A DNA stretch of 64,000 nucleotides from Deltaproteobacteria bacterium. GTDB taxonomy: Bacteria > CG2-30-53-67. The DNA lies in assembly GCA_013151235.1 (NCBI GenBank), contig JAADIO010000005.1:1-64000 (forward strand). The letters are read 5' to 3'. Under the pieces are notes generated by a model that worked only from the letters and a program-made list of their open reading frames with translations, searched no databases and was not told where the DNA came from. Below, one piece after another: positions 37,673-48,350 of this stretch. Position 1 is the stretch's first letter; each line of letters begins with the position of its first letter. The translations under genes and the position numbers were made by a program.

Positions 37673-38710
37673 TTATTGAAAGATCACAGCGCCGGAGGAT
37701 CGCATCTCCCGAATGACGCCGTCAAACTGCTGCATGCCGCCGGCGATCTTCTCCGGGATCCCGTGCCTCACACACTCGCCGGCACCCCGAATGCCATTCA
37801 TGAGGGCCTTGACAGACGATCCGCCGTGGCTGATTATGACATTTCCGTTGATCCCGAGCAAAGGCGCCCCCCCGTACTCCGAATAGTCGAAACGTTTCCT
37901 GAAACGGGCAAAGGCCGGAGCAAGCAACGAATAGCCGATCTTCCGCCAACCGCTCGCTTCAATTTCGTCCCGCAGAACGATCCCCATGGCGGATGCAACC
38001 CCCTCGCTGATCTTCAGAGCGATATTCCCGACAAAGCCGTCACAGACAATCACGTCCACGTTCCCGTTATAGACATCCCGTCCTTCCACATTCCCGATGA
38101 AGTGGATCGGTAACGATTTTAACGTCTTCAGCACCTCCCGGGTCAGTTCCGTCCCCTTCATTTCCTCGGAACCTATGTTCAAAAGACCTACCGACGGGTT
38201 CTCCTTGCCGAGGATATGCCGGGCGTAGAGTTCGCCCATAATCGCAAACTGAATCAGATGGTAAGGCCGGGAATCGACATTGGCGCCGACATCAAGAATC
38301 AGAGAGACCCCCTTCACGTTCGGCAGCACGGTAGCGATCGCCGGCCGGTCCACACCGGGGACCGTGCGCAGGACGAACTGTGAGGTTGCCATAACGGCGC
38401 CGGTGTTGCCTGCACTCAAAAGAGCATCGGCGGCACCTTCCTTGACCAAATTCACGGCAAGACGGATCGATGAATTCTTTTTTTTACGGAGGGCTTCAAC
38501 GGGAGACTCGTCCATCCGGACAACTTGTTCCGCATGATGGATGGTGATGCCCAGACCGGAGATGCGGTACTGTTCCAACTCCTCTCCGATCTTGGCCTCA
38601 TCACCCACCAGGATGATCTCGTGTCCGAACTTCCCGGCGGCAAGAACAGCGCCCTCTACCACCCGTTGCGGAGCATAATCTCCGCCCATGGCATCGACGG
38701 CAATTTTCAA
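37673..38710 (-). CDS. plsX: Phosphate acyltransferase PlsX
   Basis: IAVDAMGGDYAP, SAGNTGA, DRPAI, CDGFVGN, YGGAPLLG. Confidence 0.97.
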   Translation of the reverse strand: MKIAVDAMGGDYAPQRVVEGAVLAAGKFGHEIILVGDEAKIGEELEQYRISGLGITIHHAEQVVRMDESPVEALRKKKNSSIRLAVNLVKEGAADALLSAGNTGAVMATSQFVLRTVPGVDRPAIATVLPNVKGVSLILDVGANVDSRPYHLIQFAIMGELYARHILGKENPSVGLLNIGSEEMKGTELTREVLKTLKSLPIHFIGNVEGRDVYNGNVDVIVCDGFVGNIALKISEGVASAMGIVLRDEIEASGWRKIGYSLLAPAFARFRKRFDYSEYGGAPLLGINGNVIISHGGSSVKALMNGIRGAGECVRHGIPEKIAGGMQQFDGVIREMRSSGAVIFQ

Positions 38711-38772
38711 TGGTTCCCCAGAATATTATAAAACGTGAAGGCACAGACGGACTTCTTGCAAAACCGCAAGTG

Positions 38773-38955
38773 TTATACCTCTTCGACAGCGATGACCTCT
38801 CGTCCCTTGTAGTGTCCGCAATTCGGGCAGACATAATGGGGCAGTTTCGGCTCCCGGCATTTCGGGCAGAGCGACAGGGATGCCGTTTTTGCCTTGATAT
38901 GAGTCCTTCGCTGGTCACGACGCATCTTCGATTTTCTTCGTGTCGGTACGGCCAT
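38773..38955 (-). CDS. rpmF: 50S ribosomal protein L32 (zinc-binding type)
   Basis: MAVPTRRKSK..RDQRRTH, CPKC...HYVCPNCGHYKG. Confidence 0.96.
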   Translation of the reverse strand: MAVPTRRKSKMRRDQRRTHIKAKTASLSLCPKCREPKLPHYVCPNCGHYKGREVIAVEEV

Positions 38956-38960
38956 AATCT

Positions 38961-39512
38961 TTACCTCTCCTGATCCTTGTTGAGCAGTTCTTTTAATATT
39001 GCCAGACGGGGGTCCGTAACCGCCGGCGCACAACCGCACTCGCGGCGATTCCGGTTTTCACCGCATTGCGGGCAGATCCCGCGACAAGCCTCCCGGCACA
39101 GGGGCTGAGCAGGAAGAATCTCCGCCACCTGCCCCATGAGCAACTCATCGATATCGATCTCTCCGCCGCTGTAGTACAGGACATCCATCTCGTCGGCAAC
39201 AAGCTCCACCTCGCCCCGCTGCCGCACTTCGGAGGCCGGACGATATTCCACATCAAAGGCCGCATCTTCCGTAAAACCGAAGGGGGCAAGACAGCGGCCG
39301 CATTGCAGGGTCAGCTTCGTCCGGATCTTCCCCGAAACGTTCACCGATTCTTCCACCCGGCTGAAAACGAGATGGGCGCGAATCTTCTCTTCAAAATGCA
39401 GATCCGGATCATTGGCAAAGAGCCGGTTCCCGTCCTCTTCCACCTCAACCCGTAATCCCTCCGAAGAGATCTCTCCAATGCAAACCTTCATGTGGATCTT
39501 TCCCTTGGACAT
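38961..39512 (-). CDS. yceD: YceD/DUF177 family protein
   Basis: CGRCL, PLCREACRGICPQCG, DPRLAILKELL; upstream of rpmF. Confidence 0.92.
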   Translation of the reverse strand: MSKGKIHMKVCIGEISSEGLRVEVEEDGNRLFANDPDLHFEEKIRAHLVFSRVEESVNVSGKIRTKLTLQCGRCLAPFGFTEDAAFDVEYRPASEVRQRGEVELVADEMDVLYYSGGEIDIDELLMGQVAEILPAQPLCREACRGICPQCGENRNRRECGCAPAVTDPRLAILKELLNKDQER

Positions 39513-39613
39513 CAGGGAATATTCATGAAAACAGGGCCTTCGGAAGACGGACCGCCGCCCTCAATAATGTCGTGGCGCATCCCGAAAGACCCTGTCCACT
39601 GCTAAAGTTATTT

Positions 39614-39642
39614 AATATACTGAGTCACCGGAGGAATGTCAA
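39614..39642 (-). promoter_or_regulatory. Sigma70 promoter of the yceD-rpmF-plsX-fab operon
   Basis: TTGACA-17 nt-TATATT on the minus strand. Confidence 0.7.
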
Positions 39643-39739
39643 GGGGAAATTTCTCCCGAAAACCACGCCTAACCTCATGTAATCACAAAGAAATCATCAA
39701 TTTAAGATAAGGATACGGACTCCTTGAGAATGCAGGAAT

Positions 39740-40414
39740 CTATGTGGCGTCGGTATGACGAATGATCTTCCCTTCCACCATGTAGACGACCATCTCCGCT
39801 ATATTGGTGGCATGATCGGCGATCCGCTCAAGGTACTTGGCAACGAATATGGTATTCGTCGCCCTTGTAATACTCGCCGGATCTTCAATCATATAAGTCA
39901 GCAGCTCGCGAAGAATCTGCTTGTTCAACTCATCAATTGCGTCATCCCCGCCGCAGACGGCATAAGCGAGGCGGGTATCGTGATGCACGAACGCATCAAG
40001 GGCATCTTTCAACATACGCTGCGCCATCTCGGCCATCCGGGGAATATCGATATAGGGCTTCAACCGGGACTCCCGGTTCAGCTCCAGAGTCCGTTCGGCG
40101 ATATTAACCGCCTCATCGGCAATCCGCTCGATATCGGTGCTGATCTTCAGAGCCGTGGTCAGGAACCGGAGATCCCGTGCCGCCGGCTGCCGGAGTGCCA
40201 GGATCCGGATCGCCAGCTCGTCGATCTCCACCTCCAGACGATCACAGTCCGGGTCCCGGTCGATCACCTCCCCCGCAAGGCCCGAGTCCCTTTTCCGCAA
40301 CGCCCGGATCGAATCCCGGATCATTTCCTCAGCAAGCCCTCCCATGTAGAGCAGCTTTTCCTTGAGCTGCGACAGATCCTGGTTGAACTGCTGGGAGGTG
40401 TGCTGGATATCCAT
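39740..40414 (-). CDS. phoU: Phosphate signalling protein PhoU
   Basis: QPAARDLR, DIERIAD, LERIADHATNIAE. Confidence 0.96.
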   Translation of the reverse strand: MDIQHTSQQFNQDLSQLKEKLLYMGGLAEEMIRDSIRALRKRDSGLAGEVIDRDPDCDRLEVEIDELAIRILALRQPAARDLRFLTTALKISTDIERIADEAVNIAERTLELNRESRLKPYIDIPRMAEMAQRMLKDALDAFVHHDTRLAYAVCGGDDAIDELNKQILRELLTYMIEDPASITRATNTIFVAKYLERIADHATNIAEMVVYMVEGKIIRHTDAT

Positions 40415-40455
40415 GTAAACTCCTCTGAATTTTCAAGTTTCTCAAGAACGGTTCC

Positions 40456-41226
40456 CTACCCGAAACGGCCCGTGATATAGTCCTCCGTCCTCTTCTCCCC
40501 CGGCCGGGTGAAGATCACATCCGTTTCACCGAATTCTACCAGTTCTCCCATGTAAAAGAAACCGGTATAATCAGAGACGCGGGCCGCCTGCTGCATGTTA
40601 TGGGTCACAATCACGATTGTGTAGTTGACCTTCAGCTCGTCGATCAGCTCTTCGATCCGGATCGTCGCCACCGGATCGAGCGCGGAACAGGGCTCATCCA
40701 TCAGAATCACCTCCGGTTCCGTGGCCACCGCCCGGGCGATGCAAAGACGCTGCTGCTGCCCCCCGGAGAGCGCCGTCGCTGATTTCCCGAGCTGGTCTTT
40801 GACCTCCTCCCAGAGGGCCGACTGTTTCAGCGCCCGTTCCACCCGGCCATCGAGTTCTCCCCGGTTTCCGATCCCCTTCAGCTTCAGGCCGTAGGCGACG
40901 TTGTCATAGATCTTCATCGGAAAGGGGGTGGGCCGCTGAAAGACCATCCCCACCTTCATCCGAAGTTCGATGGGATCTACGGACGGGTCGAGGACATTGA
41001 CCCCGTCGATGAGGACCTCCCCCGTGGCCCGGTGTCCCCGGTAGAGTTCGAACATCCGGTTGTAGGTCCGGATGTGGGTCGACTTCCCGCACCCGGAGGG
41101 ACCGATGAAGGCGGTCACCCGGTTTTCGGCGATGTCGAGGGTGTTCCCCCTGAGTACGTGGTGATCCCCGTAGTAGAAATGAAGATCCCTCACGGAGATC
41201 TTGATCCTGTCATTCTTCGCGGACAA
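40456..41226 (-). CDS. pstB: Phosphate ABC transporter ATP-binding protein
   Basis: [41 protein letters not shown] start after GGAGG. Confidence 0.96.
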   Translation of the reverse strand: MSAKNDRIKISVRDLHFYYGDHHVLRGNTLDIAENRVTAFIGPSGCGKSTHIRTYNRMFELYRGHRATGEVLIDGVNVLDPSVDPIELRMKVGMVFQRPTPFPMKIYDNVAYGLKLKGIGNRGELDGRVERALKQSALWEEVKDQLGKSATALSGGQQQRLCIARAVATEPEVILMDEPCSALDPVATIRIEELIDELKVNYTIVIVTHNMQQAARVSDYTGFFYMGELVEFGETDVIFTRPGEKRTEDYITGRFG

Positions 41227-41227
41227 A

Positions 41228-42073
41228 TTACTTCCTCCTGCCAAGGATGAACCGTGCGCTTACCGTAAAAAGAAGCACGCCGAAAGTGATGAGAAGCGCA
41301 CCGCCCCATGCCATGGTCTGCCAGTCCTCGTACGGCGACATGGCATAGTTGAAAATCGTCACCGTGAGGTTCGCCATCGGTTCATTTAACGAATGGCTCC
41401 AGTACGGACTGTTCAGCGCCGTGAAGAGCAGCGGCGCCGTCTCGCCGGAGACCCGCGCCACGGCGAGCATCACGCCGGTGATGATCCCGGACCCGGCGCC
41501 CCGCAGGACTACATCGAAGGTCATCTTCCAGTAGGGAGCGCCCAGGGCCAGGGCCGCCTCCCGCAGATCATCCGGGACGAGCTTGAGCATCTCTTCGGTC
41601 GTCCGGGTCACCACGGGAAGCATGATGATCGCGAGCGCAAGGGCCCCGGAATAACCGGAAAAGGACCCCGTCCGGACGACCACAAGGGTGTAGACGAAGA
41701 TACCGATCACAATGGAGGGTGCACTCATCAAGATATCGGAACAGAAACGAACGGAGACCCCGAAGAGGTTCGTCCGCCCGAACTCCGCCAAGTAGATCCC
41801 GGCGAAAATGCCGACGGTAACACCGATCACCGTGGCCAGGGCCGTGATCATAAGCGTCCCGACAATGGCGTTGGCCAGTCCGCCGCCCGGGATCCCCGGC
41901 GGCGAGGGGAGTTCGGTGAAGAAGGACCCGTTGATGGCCGGAAGGCCGCGAAGCAGGATCACCGTCAGGATCCACACGAGGGCGACGAGCCCCGTCAGCC
42001 CCGCGAAGGCTGAAAAAAGAAATACCGCTCGATTGACCCACCGGCGCACACGGAGGGCATGTCGCAGACTCAT
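41228..42073 (-). CDS. pstA: Phosphate ABC transporter permease PstA
   Basis: [37 protein letters not shown]. Confidence 0.95.
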   Translation of the reverse strand: MSLRHALRVRRWVNRAVFLFSAFAGLTGLVALVWILTVILLRGLPAINGSFFTELPSPPGIPGGGLANAIVGTLMITALATVIGVTVGIFAGIYLAEFGRTNLFGVSVRFCSDILMSAPSIVIGIFVYTLVVVRTGSFSGYSGALALAIIMLPVVTRTTEEMLKLVPDDLREAALALGAPYWKMTFDVVLRGAGSGIITGVMLAVARVSGETAPLLFTALNSPYWSHSLNEPMANLTVTIFNYAMSPYEDWQTMAWGGALLITFGVLLFTVSARFILGRRK

Positions 42074-43110
42074 CGGCTCCCCTCCTTCCCGGTGATCCGC
42101 TTCAGCCAAAGCTGGGATGCCGCCAGAACCAGGAAAGTTATGAGGAAGAGGATCAGCCCTAATTCCACGAGGGAACTGAGATAGACCGGCCCCGATGCCT
42201 CGGTGAACTCGTTGGCCAGCGTGGAGGCAATGGTATTCCCTGCGGAGAAGAGTGACAGCGAAAGGGTATGGCTGTTTCCGATCACAAAGGTCACCGCCAT
42301 GGTCTCACCCAGCGCCCGGCCTAACCCCAAGAAGAGCGCCCCGACAAGCCCCCGCATCCCGTAGGGGATGACGATATCCCGGGTCACCTCCCAGGTGGTA
42401 CTCCCCATGCCGTAGGCCGACTCCTTCAAAAGATCGGGGACCATGAGAAATATGTCACGCGCAACCGAGGTCAGAAAGGGAAGGATCATCAAGGCCAGGA
42501 TGATGGCGGCGGTGAGCATCCCGATCCCCATCGGCGGACCTTTGAAAAAGGGGAGGAAACCCGCATGTCTCCCCAACCATGGCTCAACATGATCGGCCAT
42601 GATCGGGACGAAGATGAAGAGCCCCCACATCCCGTAGATAATGCTCGGAATCGCAGCAAGGAGTTCCACGGCAGTACCTATGACCTTCTGCAGAAAGGGG
42701 GGCGCCATCTCTACGAGAAAGAGGGCGATGCCGAGACTTAAGGGGAGAGCGATCATCATGGCAAGGAGAGTGGAAACCACGGTCCCGAAGATCGGCACAA
42801 GCGCCCCGAAATCCTGGGTCACCGGATTCCACGCATCGGAAACCAGAAAGTGCCAGCCGAACTTCTCCAGGGAAAGACGGGAGTTTTGCCAGAGTTCAAA
42901 GAGAATCCCGGCCATGAGAAGGAGAATCAGGGCGGCGAAGAAGGCCGTGAGAAAACGGAAGAGGGGATCGAGCCTCCCCGCCCGGACGGCCGGGATGGAT
43001 CCACGATCGACGGATGCGATAGAAGGTTCCGCAGAGAAGACCTCCCGCCGGGAGAGCCGATCACCCCAGGCTTCTACTTCTTTTTCTGCTCTCCGATCCA
43101 GACCGGCCAT
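42070..43110 (-). CDS. pstC: Phosphate ABC transporter permease PstC
   Basis: ELLAAIPSIIYGMWG, GRALGETMAVTFVIGN. Confidence 0.95.
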   Translation of the reverse strand: MAGLDRRAEKEVEAWGDRLSRREVFSAEPSIASVDRGSIPAVRAGRLDPLFRFLTAFFAALILLLMAGILFELWQNSRLSLEKFGWHFLVSDAWNPVTQDFGALVPIFGTVVSTLLAMMIALPLSLGIALFLVEMAPPFLQKVIGTAVELLAAIPSIIYGMWGLFIFVPIMADHVEPWLGRHAGFLPFFKGPPMGIGMLTAAIILALMILPFLTSVARDIFLMVPDLLKESAYGMGSTTWEVTRDIVIPYGMRGLVGALFLGLGRALGETMAVTFVIGNSHTLSLSLFSAGNTIASTLANEFTEASGPVYLSSLVELGLILFLITFLVLAASQLWLKRITGKEGSR

Positions 43111-43256
43111 AAGCGACCCTTCACTCCCTCACCTGAAATCTCTCTCCTGTGAGATCATCTGATGAAGAGTAAAAAATATCAGCAACGGGTTGTAGAGGGG
43201 ACATCTTAAGAAATGGCCCGCACCACTCGTTGAAATTCATATTATGCACTACTTAC

Positions 43257-43310
43257 AATCCCCTCTTTCCCCCTTCAAGAGGGGAAAACCCCGGAAGGGA
43301 GGGGGGATTT
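43257..43310. repeat. Purine/pyrimidine-tract palindrome between pstS and pstC (possible mRNA-stabilising hairpin)
   Basis: AATCCCCTCTTTCCCCCTTCAAGAGGGGAAA...GGGAGGGGGGATT imperfect inverted repeats. Confidence 0.45.
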
Positions 43311-43333
43311 CCGTACGGCAAAGGGGGCTGCAA

Positions 43334-44395
43334 CTACGGCCAGACACTCTCCCCCCCTGCGCGCAGGCGTTCGCCCCAGCTCTCCTCCATGAGGGATACG
43401 ACATTGTCCGGCATCGGGACATAGTAGAGTCCAAGCGCTGCATTCCTCCCCTTCCGGTAACACCAGTCGAAGAATTTCAGGAGCGCAACCGCTTTCTCTT
43501 TGTCCCGCTGTTCCCTGTGAAGCAGGATGAAGGAGGCGCCGGTAATCGGCCAGCTATCCATCCCCGGCTGGTCGGTCAGGACGAGATAGTACCCTTTCGC
43601 ACCCGCCCAGTCGGCGTTCGCGGCCGCGGCCCGGAAGCTCTTCCCGGTCGGCTCCACGAAACGACCGGCCCTGTTTTCAAGCGCAACGTGAGTCATCCGG
43701 TTCTGCAGGGCATAAGCATATTCCACGTAACCGATGGCGCCCGGGATTCTTTTTACGTACGCGGCCACCCCTTCATTGCCTTTACCGCCGATCCCGGCGG
43801 GCCACTGGAGCGCCTTGCCGAAGCCGATCCGCGCATGCCATTCCGGCGCCGTCTTATCAAGGTAGTTGGAAAAGATCCAGGTCGTGCCCGATCCGTCCGA
43901 ACGGTGAACCACGGTAATTCCCCTTGCCGGGAGATCAAGACCCGGGTTGATCTTCTTCAGGGCGGCATCGTTCCACTGCGTGATCTTTCCGAGGAAGATA
44001 TCGGCCAGAAGTCCGGGGGTCAGTTTCAGGGCGCCCGGGACGACACCGTCGAGATGCACGACAGGGACCACCCCGCCGACCACCATCGGGAACTGGATCA
44101 ATCCGGATGACTCGAGTTCCTCCGACTTCAGGGGGGCATCCGATGCGCCGAAATCTACGGAATTCGCCTTGATCTGGCGGATCCCGCCGCCGGAACCGAT
44201 CGACTGGTAATTAATCCGGACGCCGGTCTCTTTATGATAGAGGTAAGCCCATTTCGCATAGATGGGATAGGGAAAACTCGCCCCGGCGCCGTTTATGGTC
44301 TTTGTGCCTGCTGTAACGATTGTCGGCTGACAGAGCAAGACAACCATCAGCACAAGGACGATCACCCGCAACATTCTCATCAGAGTCTTTTGCAT
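43334..44395 (-). CDS. pstS: Phosphate ABC transporter substrate-binding protein
   Basis: GAGASFPYP, YQSIGSGGG, DFGASD, RSDGSGTT, GKGNEGV; GAGGAG RBS before ATG 44395. Confidence 0.96.
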   Translation of the reverse strand: MQKTLMRMLRVIVLVLMVVLLCQPTIVTAGTKTINGAGASFPYPIYAKWAYLYHKETGVRINYQSIGSGGGIRQIKANSVDFGASDAPLKSEELESSGLIQFPMVVGGVVPVVHLDGVVPGALKLTPGLLADIFLGKITQWNDAALKKINPGLDLPARGITVVHRSDGSGTTWIFSNYLDKTAPEWHARIGFGKALQWPAGIGGKGNEGVAAYVKRIPGAIGYVEYAYALQNRMTHVALENRAGRFVEPTGKSFRAAAANADWAGAKGYYLVLTDQPGMDSWPITGASFILLHREQRDKEKAVALLKFFDWCYRKGRNAALGLYYVPMPDNVVSLMEESWGERLRAGGESVWP

Positions 44396-44447
44396 CTTTT
44401 TTCTCCTCACAGTTTGCATTTTATTTCTCAATTGTTAGAGTTTTGTT

Positions 44448-44475
44448 AGCAGACGAACTTTTTGTAAAGCCGTCA
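44448..44475. repeat. Right-end fragment of the MITE-like family at the porin stop codon
   Basis: AGCAGACGAACTTTTTGTAAAGCCGTCA; the terminal TCA is the TGA stop of 44473..45738. Confidence 0.6.
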
Positions 44476-45738
44476 GTATTCGAGCTGATACACCACCTGC
44501 ACCCGCCTCTCATTCCCAAGGCGGGTCCCCGGCACAGGGACCTTCCCGCGTCCCGCGGCATCCTTTCCGTACTCCGTCGTTTCATAGGTCAGAAGGACCA
44601 TATTCCCTCTGTAAATATCGAAGGAAAGACCGGCATCGGTCAGGTCGTATCCACCCTTCGTGGAGATCACACCATCGCGGTCGGGATCCAAACGGTCGTA
44701 CCGGCCGAAGAGGGCAAGGCGCCGGTCGAAGACGGGAAGTTTTACCCGCCCGAAAATAGAATACCCGGCCGCATCGAGGCTTTGGTTATTTCTACCCACA
44801 AGGTCCCCGGCGGCGTTTCCCCTTGTCGTAAAATACTGGGCCGTCACGATCCCCAGTGGATGCTCGTAGCTGACCATCCCGAGACTGACCCGGTAATCGG
44901 GAACGTCCCCGCCCGTGGGCGCAACGTTCCCTTTACCATAAACCCCGAACCAGCTCAACTGCAGGCCGGGGAGTACCGAAGGGAGGGGCCGGAGCGTGAC
45001 CCGCCCTTCCAGGACCTTGTTGTTGTTCTTCTCACCGGCATGATAACCGCCACCGTCATAGAGACCGACATGCCAGCTCCCGAAACGGCCGTCATAATGG
45101 CGGTTGCCGGTTTTGGCCCCGGCATCCTCCAGTTTCCCGCCGAAATTCCCCCGGATGCCGACACCGAGATCGGCGGAATTGAATATCCCCGCCCGCTCGA
45201 CGGCCATGGTCCCCTGTGCCCGGTAGGGATTCACATGCTCCTCGAAATCGAGCCAGGGGATGTGTCCCAGGCCGAGTTCCGCCTTCATGTTCGTCAGCAT
45301 CCCGAATCCCCGGGGCTTCAGTTCGGCATAGAGATATTTCAGCCTGGTTTTCCAGTCGCCGTTGCTCTCCTGATGAATGTCCGTCGTCATCCGTGCACCG
45401 AGCCATGGAAGGATTTTTTTCTTGACCGTAAAGTACCCGCGAGTCAGGGTGAACTTGTTGAAGCTGTCCGACTTGTTACCGGCCGCAGCCGCCCGCCCCG
45501 CAGAGTAATCGAAATAGCCAAGCATTCCCACGGAAACGCCCTTGAGACCGGAAGGAAGTTTCACCGCCGCCTCCTTTTCCTCCTCTTTCAACTCCCTTTT
45601 GAGTCCTTTTGCTTCTTCGGAGGTGATCACCCCCTTCTTCTTCAGAAGGTCGAGCAGCTTTCCATCGGAATCGGCTCGGACAGGCAGGACTGCCGCAAGC
45701 AGAAAGATTGTGGAAATCAACAGGATGGTCTTTCTCAT
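44473..45738 (-). CDS. Outer-membrane porin-like protein (putative phosphate porin)
   Basis: Signal peptide, LLDLLKKKGVITSEEA coiled segment, beta-strand pattern, C-terminal aromatic residue; first gene of the pst operon. Confidence 0.72.
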   Translation of the reverse strand: MRKTILLISTIFLLAAVLPVRADSDGKLLDLLKKKGVITSEEAKGLKRELKEEEKEAAVKLPSGLKGVSVGMLGYFDYSAGRAAAAGNKSDSFNKFTLTRGYFTVKKKILPWLGARMTTDIHQESNGDWKTRLKYLYAELKPRGFGMLTNMKAELGLGHIPWLDFEEHVNPYRAQGTMAVERAGIFNSADLGVGIRGNFGGKLEDAGAKTGNRHYDGRFGSWHVGLYDGGGYHAGEKNNNKVLEGRVTLRPLPSVLPGLQLSWFGVYGKGNVAPTGGDVPDYRVSLGMVSYEHPLGIVTAQYFTTRGNAAGDLVGRNNQSLDAAGYSIFGRVKLPVFDRRLALFGRYDRLDPDRDGVISTKGGYDLTDAGLSFDIYRGNMVLLTYETTEYGKDAAGRGKVPVPGTRLGNERRVQVVYQLEY

Positions 45739-45804
45739 TTTTTTCTCCTTTCATCTCATTATTGTTTGCCATCCATAAACATGGCCGGAAGATAGCCGCC
45801 CGAT

Positions 45805-45843
45805 ATTAGGATTTGATTAAGAAAGGATTTGAAAAGGGTTAAA
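45805..45843 (-). promoter_or_regulatory. Putative Pho box array (four 11-bp-period half-sites)
   Basis: Minus strand TTTAAC, TCAAAT, CTTAAT, CCTAAT spaced exactly 11 bp (45838, 45827, 45816, 45805) upstream of porin-pst. Confidence 0.55.
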
Positions 45844-45893
45844 AAGGAGAAAGGATATAAATTAAGAGTAAAAGAAAAAACGGGGAAAGAGGA

Positions 45894-47658
45894 TCAGGCA
45901 AGGGGGAGGGAAATTGTGAAGGCACTCCCACGGCCGGGGGTACTCTCGACCGTAACCTCCCCGCCGTGGGCCAGGGCGATATGCTTGACGATGGCAAGCC
46001 CCAGCCCGGTGCCGCCCGGCTCCCGGCTCCGGTCCCGCTCGACACGGTAGAACCGTTCGAAGATCCGTGGGAGATCTTCCCGCGGGATCCCGGGACCTTC
46101 ATCGGTGACACAAAGACGGAGATGATCCCCTTCCATCCCCGCTTCAACCCGTACTTTCTTCCCCTCCGGGCTGAACTTGACGGCATTCTCCACAAGATTC
46201 CGAAGCGCCTGTTCCAGCAGGCGGCCGTTGATCCGCGCTGAGAGTTCAGGGGGCACCTCATGTTCCAGGATGACCCCCTTTTCCTGTGCGGTCTTGCCGC
46301 ATGATGCAAGCACCCGCTCCGCAAGGGGTGCAATATCCGTCTCCCCGAGCTTGACCCCCCCCCGCTCCGCCCCCTGTTCGATACGTGACAGCGCCAGCAG
46401 ATCCTCGATCATGGCAAGAAGCCGGTGACTCTGCCGATGAATCACATCGAGGAACCGTCCCGCATCCTCCGGACGGTCGAGTGCCCCCTCCCGCAGAGTC
46501 TCGACGTACCCGGTGATGGAGGTGAGCGGCGTGCGAAGCTCGTGGGAAACGTTGTCGAAAAAGTCCCGCCGGACCTGCTCCAGCCGCTTAATCCGGGTGA
46601 TATCGTTCAGGACGAAGCACACCATTCTTTGCACCGGAGGAGTCCCGCAGAATCGTGCCGTGCGCCTGGAGAAACTGTTCCCCTCCTGCAAAGATCACCA
46701 GTTCCTCCTCCACCGGTCCTCCGCAAGCAATGACCTTGCCGACGAATTCCTGCAGATCGAGGTCCCGGCTGACCTCGGCCAGCGCCTTCCCCCTCGCGAT
46801 TTCGGCATGTACGCCGAAGAGAGAGGCCGCGGCACGGTTCATGGAAAGGACCCGCCGTTCCATGTCGATGGCAATCACCCCTTCCACCATCGCCGAAAGG
46901 AGGGCCTCCTGTTCGTTCCGCTGACGGACGATTGTATCGATCCGTTCCGAAAGCTGTGCAGCCATACTGTTCATGGCCACGGCGAGACTCCCTATGTGCC
47001 CGGAATCCGGGACCGGAAGACGGTAGTCGAGTTTTCCTCTGGCAAACTGCTCGGCCCCTTCACGCATCGTCATCAGGGGACGGCTGAGACGGCGATGGAT
47101 CACGAGGCCCACCCCCGCGGAAAAGAGGGCGATCAGGACAATCCCGACGAATATCCGGTACTTCATGGAGGCGGCGAGATCCTCAAGGGTCGTGACGGGA
47201 ACGGACGTCCGGACAATCCCGACAATCCGTCCCCCTTTACGCACCGCTTCAGCCCGGTACATCATCCGCTTCCGAAGGGTCCGGCTGAACCGGACCGATT
47301 CCCCCGAACCGCGGTCGAACGCTGCCACGACCTCGGGACGCCCGGCATGGTTTTCCATCTTCGCAGGATTTTCATCGGAATCCCCCGCAACGGTTCCATC
47401 CGGAAGTATAATCGTGATCCGCGTATCGGTCTTCCTGCCGAGTTCTTTACAGGTCCGGTCCACGGCAACGGGATCCTCCCCCCACCTCCCCTGCATGAGC
47501 ACCTCGGTGAAACCGGCCCGGGCGGCGAGTTCCCCGGCCGTGCGGTCGAACAGAAAATCCTTCAGGGTGAACATGGCATACCACCCGAAGGCCCCCAGTG
47601 CAAGGACCAGGATCAGCAGATAGGCCGGATAAAGATGTCGGATCAGCCGCTTTTCCAT
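45894..47658 (-). pseudogene. phoR: Phosphate regulon sensor kinase PhoR, split by a frameshift near 46615 (or a sequencing error)
   Basis: N-part (46588..47658: TM, HAMP, PAS) and C-part (45894..46691 frame: VLNDITRIKRLEQVRRDF, HELRTPLT, ERFYRV, GGTGLGLAIVKH) are in different frames. Confidence 0.8.
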
Positions 47659-48350
47659 TATTCCACCGCCTTCAGACGATACCCTACTCCCCGGACGGTT
47701 TCGATCTCCTTCCCGACCGGGCCGAGCTTCTTCCGCAAACCGACAATCTGGACATCAACGGATCGGTCGGTGACCGGATAGTCTTCTCCCCGCACGGCAT
47801 CAACAATCTGGTAGCGGCTGTAAACCCAGCCGGGCCGCTTCGCCAAGAGATAAAGAATCCGGAACTCCGTCAGGGTCAGGTCAACCCTGCCTCCGTTGAC
47901 ACGAACCTCGTGCCGTCCCGGATCAATGGTCAACGCCCGGATCGCAAGGATCCGGCCCTCCGGAGAAGACTCAGACGGGACGCGGCGCAGTACCGCCCCG
48001 ATTCGGGACAGGAGCACCTTCGGGCTGAACGGCTTGGTCACATAATCATCAGCGCCAAGGTCAAGACCGTGTATGATCTCCTCTTCATTCCCCTTCGCCG
48101 TCAACATTACGATCGGGATAGAGGCGGTCTCAGGATCGGCCCGGAGGAGCCGGCAGACCTCCCGGCCGTCGAGGCCGGGAAGCATGAGGTCGAGGACAAC
48201 GAGGTCCGGACGGACCTCCCCGGCCCTGACGATCACCTCATCCCCCCGGTCAAGGGAGTCGACCCTGAAGCCCGCCCGTTCCAGGTGATAGCGGACCAGA
48301 TCACGGATGTCTTTTTCATCATCGACAACGAGAATCCTGCGCGGCTCCAT
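47658..48350 (-). CDS. phoB: OmpR-family response regulator PhoB
   Basis: ILVVDDE, DLMLPGLDG, GADDYVTKPF, IETVRGVGY; adjacent to phoR and pst. Confidence 0.88.
   Translation of the reverse strand: MEPRRILVVDDEKDIRDLVRYHLERAGFRVDSLDRGDEVIVRAGEVRPDLVVLDLMLPGLDGREVCRLLRADPETASIPIVMLTAKGNEEEIIHGLDLGADDYVTKPFSPKVLLSRIGAVLRRVPSESSPEGRILAIRALTIDPGRHEVRVNGGRVDLTLTEFRILYLLAKRPGWVYSRYQIVDAVRGEDYPVTDRSVDVQIVGLRKKLGPVGKEIETVRGVGYRLKAVE

Noticed and set aside
44320-47781. Long + strand ORFs (44320..45795, 46513..47781) and similar ones at 3356, 19823, 49682 and 58373
   Set aside because: Antisense shadows of well-supported minus-strand genes, expected in GC-rich DNA
48319-48350. truA/phoB 32-nt overlap as a fusion or recoding site
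   Set aside because: Both proteins are complete in their own frames; most simply a short C-terminal run-on of truA
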